DNA of 64,000 nucleotides from Squalus acanthias (Eukaryota), in contig JASTWF010000034.1 in NCBI GenBank assembly GCA_030390025.1, forward strand, positions 4,402,001 through 4,466,000, written 5' to 3'. The position numbers and the translations under genes were made by a program. Shown here in pieces: positions 38,891-51,397 of the stretch. Every line of letters starts with the position of its first letter. Position 1 is the first letter of the stretch. Under the pieces are notes generated by a model, which was given only the letters and a program-made list of their open reading frames with translations, had not been told where the DNA came from and did no database searches.

Positions 38891-41800
38891 GGCAGGTTCA
38901 GCACGGTTTACATACAGAGTAATGCTTCCTCTGCAATGTCGCATCCAACACTCCCAGTGTAGGTATAGCACGGGTAGATACAGAGTAAAGAACCCTCTGC
39001 ACTGTCCTTTCAAATACTCCCGAGTAAAGAACAGCACTGGTTCGATTCCGAGCAAAGATCCGTCTGCACAGTCTCATCAAACAATTCCAGTGCTGAAACA
39101 GCACGGATTAGATACAGAGTAAAGCTCCCGCTACACAGTTCCATCAAAGAAACCCAGGTATAGGGAGCAAGGGTTTGATACAGAGTAAAGATCCCTCTGC
39201 ACTCTCCCATCAAACACTCCTAGGGCAGATACAGCACGGATTAGTTACAGTGTAAGCTCCCTCTGCACTGTCCCATCAAACAATCCTAGGGCAGTTACAG
39301 AACGGGTTGGGTAAAGAATAAAGCTCTCTCTTCACTGTCCCATCAAACACACCTAGGGCAGGTACAGCACGGGTTAGATAACGAATAAAGCTCTCCCTTC
39401 ACTGTCCATTCAGACAGTCCCTAGTCACGAACAGCACGGGTTAGATTCATAGTTAAGATTGTCTGCACAGTCCCATCAAACACTTCCATTGCAGGAACAG
39501 CACGGGGAAGATACAGAGTAAAGCTCCTTCTAAATTGTCCCATCAAACAATCCTAGGGCAGGTACCGCACGGGTTTGATACAGAGCAAAGTTCCCCCTGG
39601 GCTATCGCATCAAACACATCCAGGTATAGACAGCACTGGTCAGACTCAGAGTAAAGCTCCCTCGACACTGTCCCATCAAACACTCCATGGGTAGGTACAG
39701 CACGGGTTAGATACAGAGTAAAGCTCCCTCTACACTGCACCGTCAAACATTGCCAGGGTAGGAACAGCACGGGTTAGATACAGAGTAAAGCTCCCTCTAC
39801 ACTGTCCCATCAGACTCTCCCAGGACAGGTACTGCACGGGTTAGATACAGAAAACAGCTACCTCGACACTGTCCCTCCAACACTCCCAAGGCAGGTACTG
39901 CACGGGTTAAGTACAGAGTAAAGCTCCTACCACAGTGTAGAGGGAGCTTTACTCTGTATTTAACCCATGCTTTAACTGCCCTGAGAGTGTTTGATGGGAT
40001 AGTGTAGCGTCTACACTATCCCATCAAACACTCCCAGGGCAGACAAAGCATCGGTTAGATACAGAGTAAAGCTCCCTCTACATTATCCCATCAAACACTC
40101 CCAGGGCTGATACAGCACCAGGTTAGATACCGAGTAAAGCTCCCTCTACACTGTCCCATCAAACACTCCTAGGGCAGATACAGCACGGGTTAGATACAGA
40201 GTAAATCTCCCTCCACACTGTCCCATCAAACACTCCTAGGGCAGATACAGCACGGATTAGATACAGAGTAAAGAACCCTCTACACTGTCCCATCAAACAC
40301 TTCTAGGGCAGATACAGCACAAGTTAAACACAGAGTAAAGCTCGCTCTACACAGTCCCCATCATGCACTTCGAGGGCAGGTACAGCACGGGTTAGATACC
40401 GAGTAAAGCTCCCTCTACACTGTCCCATCAAACACTCGGAGGGCAGGTACAGCACGGGTTAGATACAGAGTAAAGCTCCCTCTACACTGTCCCGACACAC
40501 ACTCCCAGGGCAGGTAAAGCACGTGTTTGATACAGAGTAAAGCTCCCCCTACATTGTCCCATCAAACACTCGCAGAGAAGGTACAGCACTGGTTAGATAC
40601 AGTATAAAGCTCCCTCTACACTGTCCCATCAAACACTCGGAGGGCAGGTTCAGCACGGTTTACATACAGAGTAATGCTTCCTCTGCTCTGTCGCATCCAA
40701 CACTCCCAGTGTAGGGATAGCACGGGTAGATACAGAGTAAAGATCCCTCTGCACTGTCCTTTCAAATACTCCCGAGTAAAGAACAGCGCTGGTTCGATTC
40801 AGAGCAAAGATCCGTCTGCACAGTCTCATCAAACAATTCCAGTGCTGAAACAGCACGGATTAGATACAGAGTAAAGCTCCCGCTACACAGTTCCATCAAA
40901 GAAACCCAGGTATAGGGAGCAAGGGTTTGATACAGAGTAAAGATCCCTCTGCACTCTCCCATCAAACACTCCTAGGGCAGATACAGCACGGATTAGTTAC
41001 AGTGTAAGCTCCCTCTGCACTGTCCCATCAAACAATCCTAGGGCAGTTACAGAACGGGTTGGGTAAAGAATAAAGCTCTCTCTTCACTGTCCCATCAAAA
41101 ACACCTAGGGCAGGTACAGCACGGGTTAGATAACGAATAAAGCTCTCCCTTCACTGTCCCATCAGACAGTCCCTAGTCACGAACAGCACGGGTTAGATTC
41201 ATAGTTAAGATTGTCTGCACAGTCCCATCAAACACTTCCATTGCAGGAACAGCACGGGGAAGATACAGAGTAAAGCTCCTTCTAAATTGTCCCATCAAAC
41301 AATCCTAGGGCAGGTACCGCACGGGTTTGATACAGAGCAAAGTTCCCCCTGGGCTATCGCATCAATCACATCCAGGTATGGACAGCACTGGTCAGACTCA
41401 GAGTAAAGCTCCCTCGACACTGTCCCATCAAACACTCCATGGGTAGGTACAGCACGGGTTAGATACAGAGTAAAGCTCCCTCTACACTGCACCGTCAAAC
41501 ATTGCCAGGGTAGGAACAGCACGGGTTAGATACAGAGTAAAGCTCCCTCTACACTGTCCCATCAGACTCTCCCAGGACAGGTACTGCACGGGTTAGATAC
41601 AGAAAACAGCTGCCTCGACACTGTCCCATCCAACACTCCCAAGGCAGGTACTGCACGGGTTAAGTACAGAGTAAAGCTCCTACCACAGTGTAGAGGGAGC
41701 TTTACTCTGTATTTAACCCATGCTTTAACTGCCCTGAGAGTGTTTGATGGGATAGTGTAGCGTCTACACTATCCCATCAAACACTCCCAGGGCAGATAAA

Positions 41801-42401
41801 GCATCGGTTAGATACAGAGTAAAGCTCCCTCTACATTATCCCATCAAACACTCCCAGGGCTGATACAGCACCAGGTTAGATACCGAGTAAAGCTCCCTCT
41901 ACACGGTCCCATCAAACACTCCTAGGGCAGATACAGCACGGGTTAGATACAGAGTAAATCTCCCTCCACACTGTCCCATCAAACACTCCTAGGGCAGATA
42001 CAGCACGGATTAGATACAGAGTAAAGAACCCTCTACACTGTCCCATCAAACACTTCTAGGGCAGATACAGCACAAGTTAAACACAGAGTAAAGCTCGCTC
42101 TACACAGTCCCCATCATGCACTTCGAGGGCAGGTACAGCACGGGTTAGATACCGAGTAAAGCTCCCTCTACACTGTCCCATCAAACACTCGGAGGGCAGG
42201 TACAGCACGGGTTAGATACAGAGTAAAGCTCCCTCTACACTGTCCCGACACACACTCCCAGGGCAGGTAAAGCACGTGTTTGATACAGAGTAAAGCTCCC
42301 CCTACATTGTCCCATCAAACACTCGCAGAGAAGGTACAGCACTGGTTAGATACAGTATAAAGCTCCCTCTACACTGTCCCATCAAACACTCGGAGGGCAG
42401 G
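38891..42401. repeat. ~1752 bp near-identical tandem duplication within the 67 bp satellite
   Basis: Matching ORF pairs at offset 1752 (38898/40650, 39010/40762, 39543/41295), with shared inverted units. Confidence 0.9.
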
Positions 42402-43062
42402 TACAGCACGGGTAAGATACAGAGTAAAGCTCTCTCTACACTGTCCCATCAAACATTCCCAGGGCAGGTAAAGCTCGGGCTAGATAGAGAGTAAAGGTCC
42501 CTCTACACTCTCCCATCAAATACTCCCTAGTCATGAACAGCACGGGAGAGATTCATGGTAAAGTTTGCCTGCACAGTCCTATCAAACACTTCCATTGCAG
42601 GAACAGCACGAGTTAGATACAGAATAAAGCTCCCTCTGCACTCTCCCATCAAACACTTCCAGGGCAGGTAAAGCACGAGTTAGAAACAGAGTAAAGCTTC
42701 CCTCTACACTATCCCATCAAACACTCCCTGGGCAGGTGCAGCACTATTTAAATACAGAGTAAAGCTCCCTCTACACTGTCTCATCAAAAACTCCAGTGCA
42801 GGTACAGAACGGGTTACATATGTAGTAAAGCTCCCTCTGCAATGTCCCATCAAACACTCCCAGGGCAGGTATAGCTCGGGTTAGATACAGATTGAAGCTC
42901 CCTCTACACTGTCCCATCAAACACTCCCAGGGCAGGTACAGCACGGGTTAGATACAGAGTAAAGATTTCCTGCACAGTCCCATCAAGCACTTCCATTGCA
43001 GGAACAGCACGGGTTAGATACAGGGTGAAGCTCCCGCTCCGCTGTCCCATAAAATCACACCT

Positions 43063-43247
43063 CGGCAGATAGTCAGGATGATTTAATTTAGTTGTCTGCA
43101 ATTGTAAGGTACACATGCATTGTTCTCTATCTATATATGCTTTGGCGATTCTGTATCTTTTTACTTCACCCGACGAAGGAGAAGTAAGCTCCGAAAGCTT
43201 GTCATTTCAAATAAAACTGTTGGACTATAACCGGGTGTTGTTCGACC
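43063..43247 (+). mobile_element. Penelope-like element terminal fragment with degenerate hammerhead motif
   Basis: CCCGACGA-A-GGAG-aagtaag-CTCC-GAAA-GCTTGT followed by AATAAA and CTGTTGGACTATAACC. Confidence 0.7.
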
Positions 43248-44637
43248 TCATAAAATACTCCCAGGGGAGCTACAGTTCGGTTTAGATACTGAGTAAACTC
43301 CCTCTACACTCTCCCATCAAATACTCCCTAGTCAGGAACAGCACGGGTTAGATTCATAGTAAAGATTTCCTGCACAGTCCCATCAAGCACTTCCATTGCA
43401 GGAACAGCACGGGTTAGATACAGAGTTAAGCTCCCTCTACACTGTTCCATCAAACACTCCCAGGGCAGGTACAGCACGTGTTAGGTACAGAGTAAGCTCC
43501 TTTTGCATTGCCTGATCAACCACAACCAGGGCAGGTAGAGCACGAGTAAGAAACAGAGTAAAATTCCATTTACAGTGCCCCACCAAACATTCCCAGGGCA
43601 TGCACAGTCCGGGTTAGAAACTCAGTAAAGCTCCCTCTGCACTGTCCCATCAAACACACCCAGGTATAGACAGCACGGGTTAGATACAGAGTAAAGCTCC
43701 CTCTGTACTCTTCCATCAAACAATCCCAAGGCAGGTACAGCACGGGTTAGATAGAGAGTAAAGCTTCCTCCACCCTGCCCCATCAAACATTCCCAGTATA
43801 GAGACAGCACGGGTTAGATACAGAGCAAAGCTCCCTCCACCCTGCCCCATCAAACATTACCAGTATAGAGACAACACGGGTTAGATACAGAGTAAAGCTC
43901 CCTCTACACTGCCCCATCAAGCACTCGCAGGGCAGCTACAGCACGGGTTAGATACAGAGTAAAGCTCCCTCTATACTATCCCATCAAACACTCCCAGGAC
44001 AGGTACAGCACGGGTTTGATTCACAGTAAAGCTCCCTTTGCACTGTCATATAAAATACTCGCTAGTCAAGAACAGCACGGGTTAGATTCAGTGTAAATTC
44101 CGTCTGCACAGACTCATCAAACACTTTCAGTGCAGGAACAGCACCGGTTAGATCCAGACTAAAACTTTCTCTACAATGTCGCCATTAAACACTCCCAGGG
44201 CAGGTACAGCATGGGTTCGATACAGAGTGAATCTCCCTCTACACTGTCCCACCAAACAGTCCCGGGCCAGGTACAGCACGGGTTAGATACAGAGTAAAGA
44301 TTGCTCTACACTGTCCCATCAAACACTCCCAGGGCAGGTGCAGCACGGGCTAGATACAGAGTAGAGCTCCCTTTGCATTGTCCCATCAAACTCTCCAAGG
44401 GCAGGTACAACACAAGTTAAATACAGAGTAAAACTCCCTTTGCATTGTCCCATCAAACTTTCCAAGGGCAGGTACAACAGAAGTTAAATACAGAGTAAAA
44501 CTCCCTTTACACTGTCCCATCTAAGACACCCAGGGCAGGTGCAGCACGGGTTAGATACAGAGTAAAGCTATCTCTACACTGTCCCATCAAACACTCCCAG
44601 GGCCGGTACAGCATGGGTTAGATACAGAGTAAAGCTC

Positions 44638-45968
44638 ACAGAATCATAGAATCATAGAAGATAGGGTCAGGAGTAGGCCATTCGGCCCCTCGAGCCTACT
44701 CCGCCATTCAATGAGATCATGGCTGATCATCCACATTAAGTACCCTGTCTCTGCCTTCTCCCCATATCCCTTGACCCCTTTAGCCTTTAGAAATATATCT
44801 AACACCTTCTTGAATATATTTAATGAGTTGGCCTCAAATGCCTTCTGTGGTAGAGAATTCCACAGGTTCACCACTCTTTGGGTGAAGAAATTCCTCCTCA
44901 TCGCTGTCCGAAATGGCTTACCCCTTATCCTTAGACTGTGACCCCTGGTTCTGGACTCCCCGGCCATCGGGATCATCCTTCCTGCATCTAGTCTGTCTAC
45001 TCCTGTTAGAATTTTATAAGTTTCAATGAGATCCCCTCTCATTCTTCTAAACTCCAGCGAGTATAATCCCAATCGACCCAATCTCTCCTAATACGTCATT
45101 CCTGCCATCCCAGGTATCAGTCTGGTGAATCTTCGCTGCACTCCCTCCATGGCAAGAACATCCTTCCTCAGATAAGGCGACCAAAACTGCACACAATACT
45201 CAAGATGTGGTCTCACCAATGCTCTGTACAACTGCAGCAAGACATCCTTTTTCCTGTACTCGAACCCCCTCGCTACGAAGGCCAACATACCAATTGCCTT
45301 CTTTGCCGTCTGCTGCACTTGCATGCTTACCTTCAGCGACTGGTGCACAAGGACACCCAGGTCTCGTTGCACTTCCCCTTCTCCCAATCTATTGCCGTTC
45401 AGATAATAATCTGTCTTCCTGTTTTTGTCACCAAAGTGGATAACCTCGCATTTATCCACGTTATATTGCATCTTCCATGCTTCTGCCCAATCACCCAACC
45501 TATCCAAATCATTCTGGAGTTTCTCGGTATCCTCCTCACAGCACACACGCCCACACAGCTTTGTGTCATCTGCAAACTTGGAGATATTACATCTAGTTCC
45601 TCTACTAGATCATTAATATATATTGTGAATAGCTGGGGTCCTAGGACCGATCCCTGCGGTAACCCACTAGTCACTGCCTGCCACTCGGAAAAAGACCCGT
45701 TTATTCCAACTGTTTGCTTCCTGTCTGCCAACCAGTTCTCTATCCAACTCAGTACCGTTCCCCCAATCCCATGTGCCTTAACCTTACATGCTAATCTCTT
45801 ATGCGGGACCTTATCGAAAGCCTTCTGAAAGTCCAAATACACCATATCACTGGTTCTCCCTTATCTATTTTATCAGTTACATCCTCAAAAAATTCAGCAG
45901 ATTAGTCAAGCACGATTTACCTTTTGTAAATCCATGTTGACTTTGACCGATCCTGTCACAGTTTTCCA
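44638..45968 (-). mobile_element. CR1 LINE 3' fragment
   Basis: [22 protein letters not shown] and RPHLEYCVQFWSP; tail (ATTCTATG) at ~44640. Confidence 0.93.
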
Positions 45969-46726
45969 CCCAAGTGGCTAACCTTGTGAATTATACTTGT
46001 GTACGAAAGACTGATACTTGGATGTTTTTAGTAATAACTTGTATAAGTGTGCGTGTAGAATAGTGAACCTCACATTAACCAAATATCTATATTCAGTGTG
46101 ACCTGTAATGACTTGTGCATAAATTGCTAAGGCTTGCTCAAAATGTAACTGCAAAGCCAGCCAGGACTAGTCATGACTAGCTCTGATAACGGACAGTATC
46201 GCAGCTTACGCAGTTTATGAGGGCTTGTGCTGCCTGTACCAGGGAAGCTAGAAATGAGAGAGATAAGGTCAATTCCAGTGGGGTGAAGAACTATAAACAA
46301 GATGACGATGAACAGGAAAATGTTGTAGGAAAAATACTGGAAAGGCGAGGCCAAGATGATAAACTTAGCCTGAGTGACAATGGTGTTTTGATCATTAGAA
46401 CCTATTAAAAAAGGTGATTTTGTTAAAGACCATATATGGACAATGCCCGCATGAACTTTTGATAAGATATGGGTTAAAACCTGAAAACGCGAAAACCAAC
46501 TTTACACAGACCTACTGCAAGAACAAAGGAACAGACTGAAGATGACGTCACCTGTGTCCGAGAGGTTCCAGAGACCAAGGGCTGTGAGCTACTCGTTAAA
46601 CTATCGCCTGCTGTTCAGTCTATTACGCTGTAAGCTTAATAAATCTTGATCTATTGATCAAACACACTGGCTGCTGCCTATTGGTGTCTTGTCGAAGAAC
46701 TCTCAGAGATCATGAAGATCTTAAAC
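45969..46726 (+). mobile_element. Possible solo or partial LTR
   Basis: Non-coding block between two transposon fragments with TAAGCTTAATAAATC near 46630 followed by a U5-like end. Termini are not convincing. Confidence 0.3.
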
Positions 46727-46729
46727 TTG

Positions 46730-48646
46730 TGTGTCATCTTTCTCTTCTGCATGCATCTACACGGTGCTAGCCTTGTGGCTTCAGCAGAGGTCGAGGCAGC
46801 CTGCTCTCTTCCCTGCTGCCAAGGAGGTGGAGAGTAGCTTGCTGCACAGAAGTGAGGCCATGAGGACCCACGTCTATGCTGACATCCCTCCTAGAGAGGA
46901 GGTCTATGAGCCTCTGCCATCTATTCTCTATACATAGCCATCTATCCTCCATAAAGACCATGTGCTTCTCCGAGTGGCGCATTAGCTGCTCCATGTAGCT
47001 GCCCATTCTGTCCATGGAGGAGCCTACAGTCACCATCGTCTGTGACATGGTAGTGGTCATGTTGGCGATGGGCTCCTCCATCCTCTGACCATTTGCATAC
47101 ATCGCGCTCGCAAAACCTGTCAGAGCCCCCTGCACTTCTTGCTGCACCTCCAGGATCGCCCTCTTTCTAGATGGCCCCCGAGGCTCAGCGTCTGCATGCA
47201 GCTGAGCGGAGCTGGGTTCGTCCTGCACCCTCCGGCAAGGAGTCTCCACTGCTCTCCCTTTCTCCACCATCTGCTCTTGCACACTTGTGAGTTGTGAGAC
47301 AACAGGTGACAACACTACTCTATGTCGTGTGGGACCCACCGAGGTGTGCGTATCTGCCCTTGTGCTGGGTGCGCTTATGTCTGGTGATGTTGCACCCTCA
47401 GAGTGTGGAGGCTCGTCTGAGGAGTCGTCTTCCTCTTCCTCCTGGACAGTGGAGGGTGGGGGGAGCTCTTGATGCACCATTGGGAGAGTGAAGATATGAG
47501 TTAGATATGTCATGTTAAGAATGGGTACAGATACCATTATGCACATGGTGACCATTCAGTGACATCAGTGCCCATATGAGTGACTGATGTATGCCATGTA
47601 ATTCTGTCACCAGGTTGCTGAGATGTCCCCCTCGCTCCATCTCCCACCTCCAGCTTCTCGGCGACTCCAGATATTTCTAAAGCAGCCTCCTCTGCTGTTG
47701 TAAGGTTTGTAAATGATGGAATGCCACCGCCGGTTATCCCCTTCTCCGGCTTATTGTGGGCTCACTTTTCCTGCAAGGAGGGAAAGAAGAGAAGGTTGAG
47801 TGAGCGTGATGGAATGAATGTAAGGAATGGATTGGGTATATATTTAGAGGGTGACTGTGACGGAGTTGGGTGCCAAAAACAAGTGTCCTCCTTGTGTGTT
47901 GTTCGTTGGTATGATTGCACTAGGATGAGGGTGAGTGTGAGGGAAGGCTTGTGAGATTGGGATGTGATAATGTAAATAGAAAGAGAGGGACGGGTGGACG
48001 TGCAAGGTATGTTGGTGTGAGTAAGAATGTGCAGGGGTAGGGTTGGGAAGGCAGAGTGATGGGGGTGTGATGAGAGGCACAGCAAGATGAAGGTTAGTGT
48101 AGCTTTGTACTCACGTTTCCTGATCTAATGAGATAATTGAAACATTTGCAGCACTGCACCCAGGTCTTCCTGACAACATCCCTGCTGGTGACCCCCTCTG
48201 CAATCTCCAACCAGGCTGTGTTGGTGTCCTGGGGAGGTCTCTTCCGTCCATTGGAAAAGAAGATGACCATCCTGAATGCTTTGAGTCCCTTTATAAACAT
48301 ATGGAGGGAGCAATCGGACAACCTGGGTGCAGCCCTCTGCCTCTGTGCAGTCATTGTTAGTGTTTGCAGCACTCCAATACTGTCGTGCACTGACAGCATT
48401 ATGTAAACATTGACATTCAAGTCCATTGTGGCCATGGCCCCTTTAAAGATCCCGGCTGAAAACGCGTCATCGATAACGTCAACAGACCAGACCCGTCTAA
48501 GTGTTCCGGGTAACGCACTGGGCGGGCTCAATAGGCCCCATTAAGGTAAAGTCGTTTTCAGCAGCGGGCTGGAGCCAGCAGTCGGGTCACGACCCGCCAT
48601 GGCGACCTCCCGCACCGGACCTGCCCAGGCAGGAACAATTACGGCC
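46730..48646 (-). mobile_element. Harbinger-like transposon fragment carrying a degenerate spliced Myb/SANT DNA-binding gene
   Basis: Exon 1: RAAPRLSD..AWLEIAEGV..RKTWVQCCKCFNYLIRSG, GTGAGT donor at ~48113. Exon 2 after TTGCAG at ~47770: EK*AHNKPEKGITGGGIP..LTTAEEAALEI. Acidic exon 3 lies in ORF 46767-47555. TIR-like AATTACGGCC at 48637-48646. Confidence 0.75.
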
Positions 48647-48654
48647 GTGGTTTT

Positions 48655-49062
48655 TCCGGTCTTGAGGAGTCCGTGGGCCATATCTATTTTCAGTGTGACA
48701 GGCTGCAGCCTCTGTATCGTTACTTGAAGTGGCAGCTCCTCAGCTATTGGTTATATTTTAGCCCCAGGCTCCTAATCATTGGCCGCCTGGTGCAGAGTCG
48801 GGTGAGTAAGGCGGCGGATCTTCTCCTGGACCTGCTTTTGGACTTGGCTGAAACAGCAATTTGTAGGTTCAGGGTGGGCGTGCCCCATGGGGTGCGAGGG
48901 TGTCTCTGGGTTCCTGCCTCTCTTCCGCGGTCTTGTCCGTGCCCAGGTGGCCATGAGAGGGTGCATGCGGTGTCCACTGGTACGTACGATGCCTTCCGCG
49001 ATCGGAGGGCACCGCAGGTCAGTGAGGTGATAATCGACCCTCACAATCACATTGTGATTTAA
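48655..49062 (+). mobile_element. Tx1/L1-clade LINE ORF2 C-terminal fragment
   Basis: EESVGHIYFQCDRLQPLYRYLK (end of the CCHC zf-RVT domain) followed by LLLDLAETAI. Confidence 0.7.
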
Positions 49063-49086
49063 TTATTGTTTGTGTGTGTGGCTGTG

Positions 49087-49207
49087 TTGTCCATACTGAT
49101 TACTGGAATAACAACAGAACATGCTGAAAACACTCAACAGGTCAGGCAGCATCGAGGAGAGAGAAACAGAGTCAGCGTTTTGGTTCGAGGGCCCTTCGTC
49201 AGAACTG
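49087..49207 (-). mobile_element. Penelope-like terminal fragment with degenerate hammerhead motif
   Basis: Minus strand TTCTGACGAAGGGCCCTCGAACCAAAACGCTGACTCTGTTTCTCTCTCC..GATGCTGCCTGACCTG. Confidence 0.65.
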
Positions 49208-49369
49208 TTACTGGACATTTGTGGTGTGATGGGACACTTGCCTTACTGGTTTAATGACCCCGTCTGGTGACACTAGGGCAACTTAATGTCAGCCCGCTAC
49301 AGGTAGTGAACAAAGGCGAATCTGAAAATGTGAATGATCACTTCACCAATTGGAGCTTTCAATGGCGGT

Positions 49370-49880
49370 GTGCTTACCCAGGATCACCCGCGCGGCAGAA
49401 AGTGCCCGATCAATGACTACAGGAGCACAGTGCGCAGGCGCAGGGCAGTGGAGGGGTCCGATCATTCGCAGTGCGCGTGGTGACGTGGAGAGTAATGGCG
49501 GATCAACGTCGGCAAATGGTGGAGAGAAACACAGTCAACGGTTCAGGTCAATGACCTTCGTCGGAGCATTTCCTGTTATACTAATGGCCGAACAAGCGAC
49601 TCAAGATGTGGGAGGCGATTCCGGGGGACGGGGCGCAATAGGCGCCGTGGCTGGGCTAGGAAGCCTCACAAAAACCCGGCGTAGGCCTGAACACCCGCGT
49701 CGCCAGGTCCGGCCGCCGGGGTGCCTGTCGGCCATCTTGCGAGAGGATTTCTCCGCGGCGACAGGCCCCGGTCACCCCGGCAACCGACCGCCATCTTGGT
49801 GAAGGAAGGTGGGACTTGTCCCCGCGCCGCCATCTTGGACAGGGCGTGGTCATGCGCATGCGCGGCCCTCTCCCAGTGCA
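49370..49880. promoter_or_regulatory. CpG-island-like segment with YY1- and NRF1-type motifs
   Basis: CpG-rich. GCCATCTTG at 49731, CCGCCATCTTGG at 49788 and 49827, GCGCATGCGC at 49854. Confidence 0.5.
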
Positions 49881-49904
49881 GGTGCAGCATTTTTATATTC
49901 GTTT

Positions 49905-50427
49905 ATGGGATGTGGGCGTCGCTGGCAAGGCCACCATTTATTGCAGTATCGCAATTGCCCTTGAGAAGGGGATGGTCAGATGTTTTCTTGAACCGCTGTA
50001 GTCCGTGTTGTGAAGGTCCTCCCACAGTGCTGTTAAGTAGAGAGTTACAGGATTTTGACCCAGCGACAATGAAGGATCGGCGATATACTTCTAAGTCAGG
50101 ATGGTGTGTGACTTGGAGGGGAAATTGGAGGTGGTGATGTTCCCATGCACCTGCTGCCCTTGTCCTTCTATGTGGTGGTGGTCGCGGGTTTGGGAGGTGA
50201 TACCGAAGAAGCCTTGATGAGTTGCGGCAATGCATCTTGTAGATGGTACACACTGCAGCCACGGTACACCCGTGTAGGAGGGAGTGAATGTTTAAGATGA
50301 TGGACGGGGTGTCAATCAAGCGGGCTGCTTTGTCATGGATGGTGTCGACCTTCTTGAGTCTTGTTGGAGCTGTACTCTTTAAGGCAAGTGGAGATTATTC
50401 CATCACACTCCTCGAACACGTGCTGTA
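49905..50427 (-). mobile_element. Non-LTR retrotransposon 3' fragment (same family as 33284-33822)
   Basis: Direct sequence similarity to 33284-33822; ORF 49903-50319. Confidence 0.8.
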
Positions 50428-50650
50428 GAACTGGAGCCAAGCAGAGCAGAGGGAGGGAGAGAGTGGGAGAGGGGCAAATATATGGTGCAATGGGTAAGGA
50501 TTTCAGGAAAGGGAGTGTGTGTGTGGGACAGGAATTTACAACTTTTGGGGGAAACACGAGAGGAAATACTGTTCCACAGAAACTACAATTGTCTGTTCTG
50601 AATTTCTGTCCTGTACTTACAGTGATGACTTTTGTAAACTCCTTTTACAG

Positions 50651-51035
50651 GGTATTAGAAGGGAAGGATTTGCAGACAAGAAACTCAAACCAAACCGTGG
50701 GAATGTGGAGACTGTGAGAAGGGATTCAATTATCCATCTGAAATGCAAATTCATCAGCGCAGTCGCATTGGGAAGAGACTGTTCACCATCTTCGTATGTG
50801 GGAAGGGATTCAGTCGGTCATCCATGCTGCTGAAACACCAGCGAGTTCACACTGACGAGAGACTGTTCAGTTGCTTTCACTGTGGGAAGAGATTCAGTCA
50901 TTCCACCTAATTGAACACCAGCATGTTCACAGTGGAGAGAATCAGTTCACCTGCTCCGTGTGTGCGAAGGGATTCACAAGTTCATCCAGTCTGCTGAAAC
51001 ACCAGCAGATTCACTCTGACAGCAGACCTTTTAAA
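50651..51035 (+). pseudogene. C2H2 zinc-finger gene exon remnant (about 4 degenerate fingers)
   Basis: Acceptor TTTTACAG at 50650. [56 protein letters not shown] and [23 protein letters not shown], with frameshifts and lost Cys/His residues. Confidence 0.85.
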
Positions 51036-51397
51036 AGTTATTTTAAGTATTGGTATGTATAGCTTATTAAATAGAATACACTGGTTCACATATCAAATTA
51101 TATCAATATTAAGCTAGAATAACTAGTGATTAAGTTAGGTTAAAGCACATTCTGGATAAACACACATCTGCTGCCAAGCATGGGTGAGTGTGAAGATTGA
51201 ATTTAATGCCAGCAGGGTGTCTGGCGGACTGCTGGGGAGTGTGGCCAGAGAATCAGTCCCTTTTGTAAAGACATTGGAAGTTGTGAGGGCTTGAAGGTTA
51301 CAGAAGCAGGCAATTAACACTCCTGTGTGGGAGAGTAATGAACAAACTAATAGTGATTAATGGGCAAGCACAACGAATAATAACAGTTCACCGCCAC

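Larger units (their letters stand above)
36342..44637. repeat. 67 bp tandem satellite (ACTCCCAGGGCAGGTACAGCACGGGTTAGATACAGAGTAAAGCTCCCTCTACACTGTCCCATCAAAC)
   Basis: Head-to-tail repeats, interrupted at 36768-38012 and 43063-43247. Confidence 0.96.
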
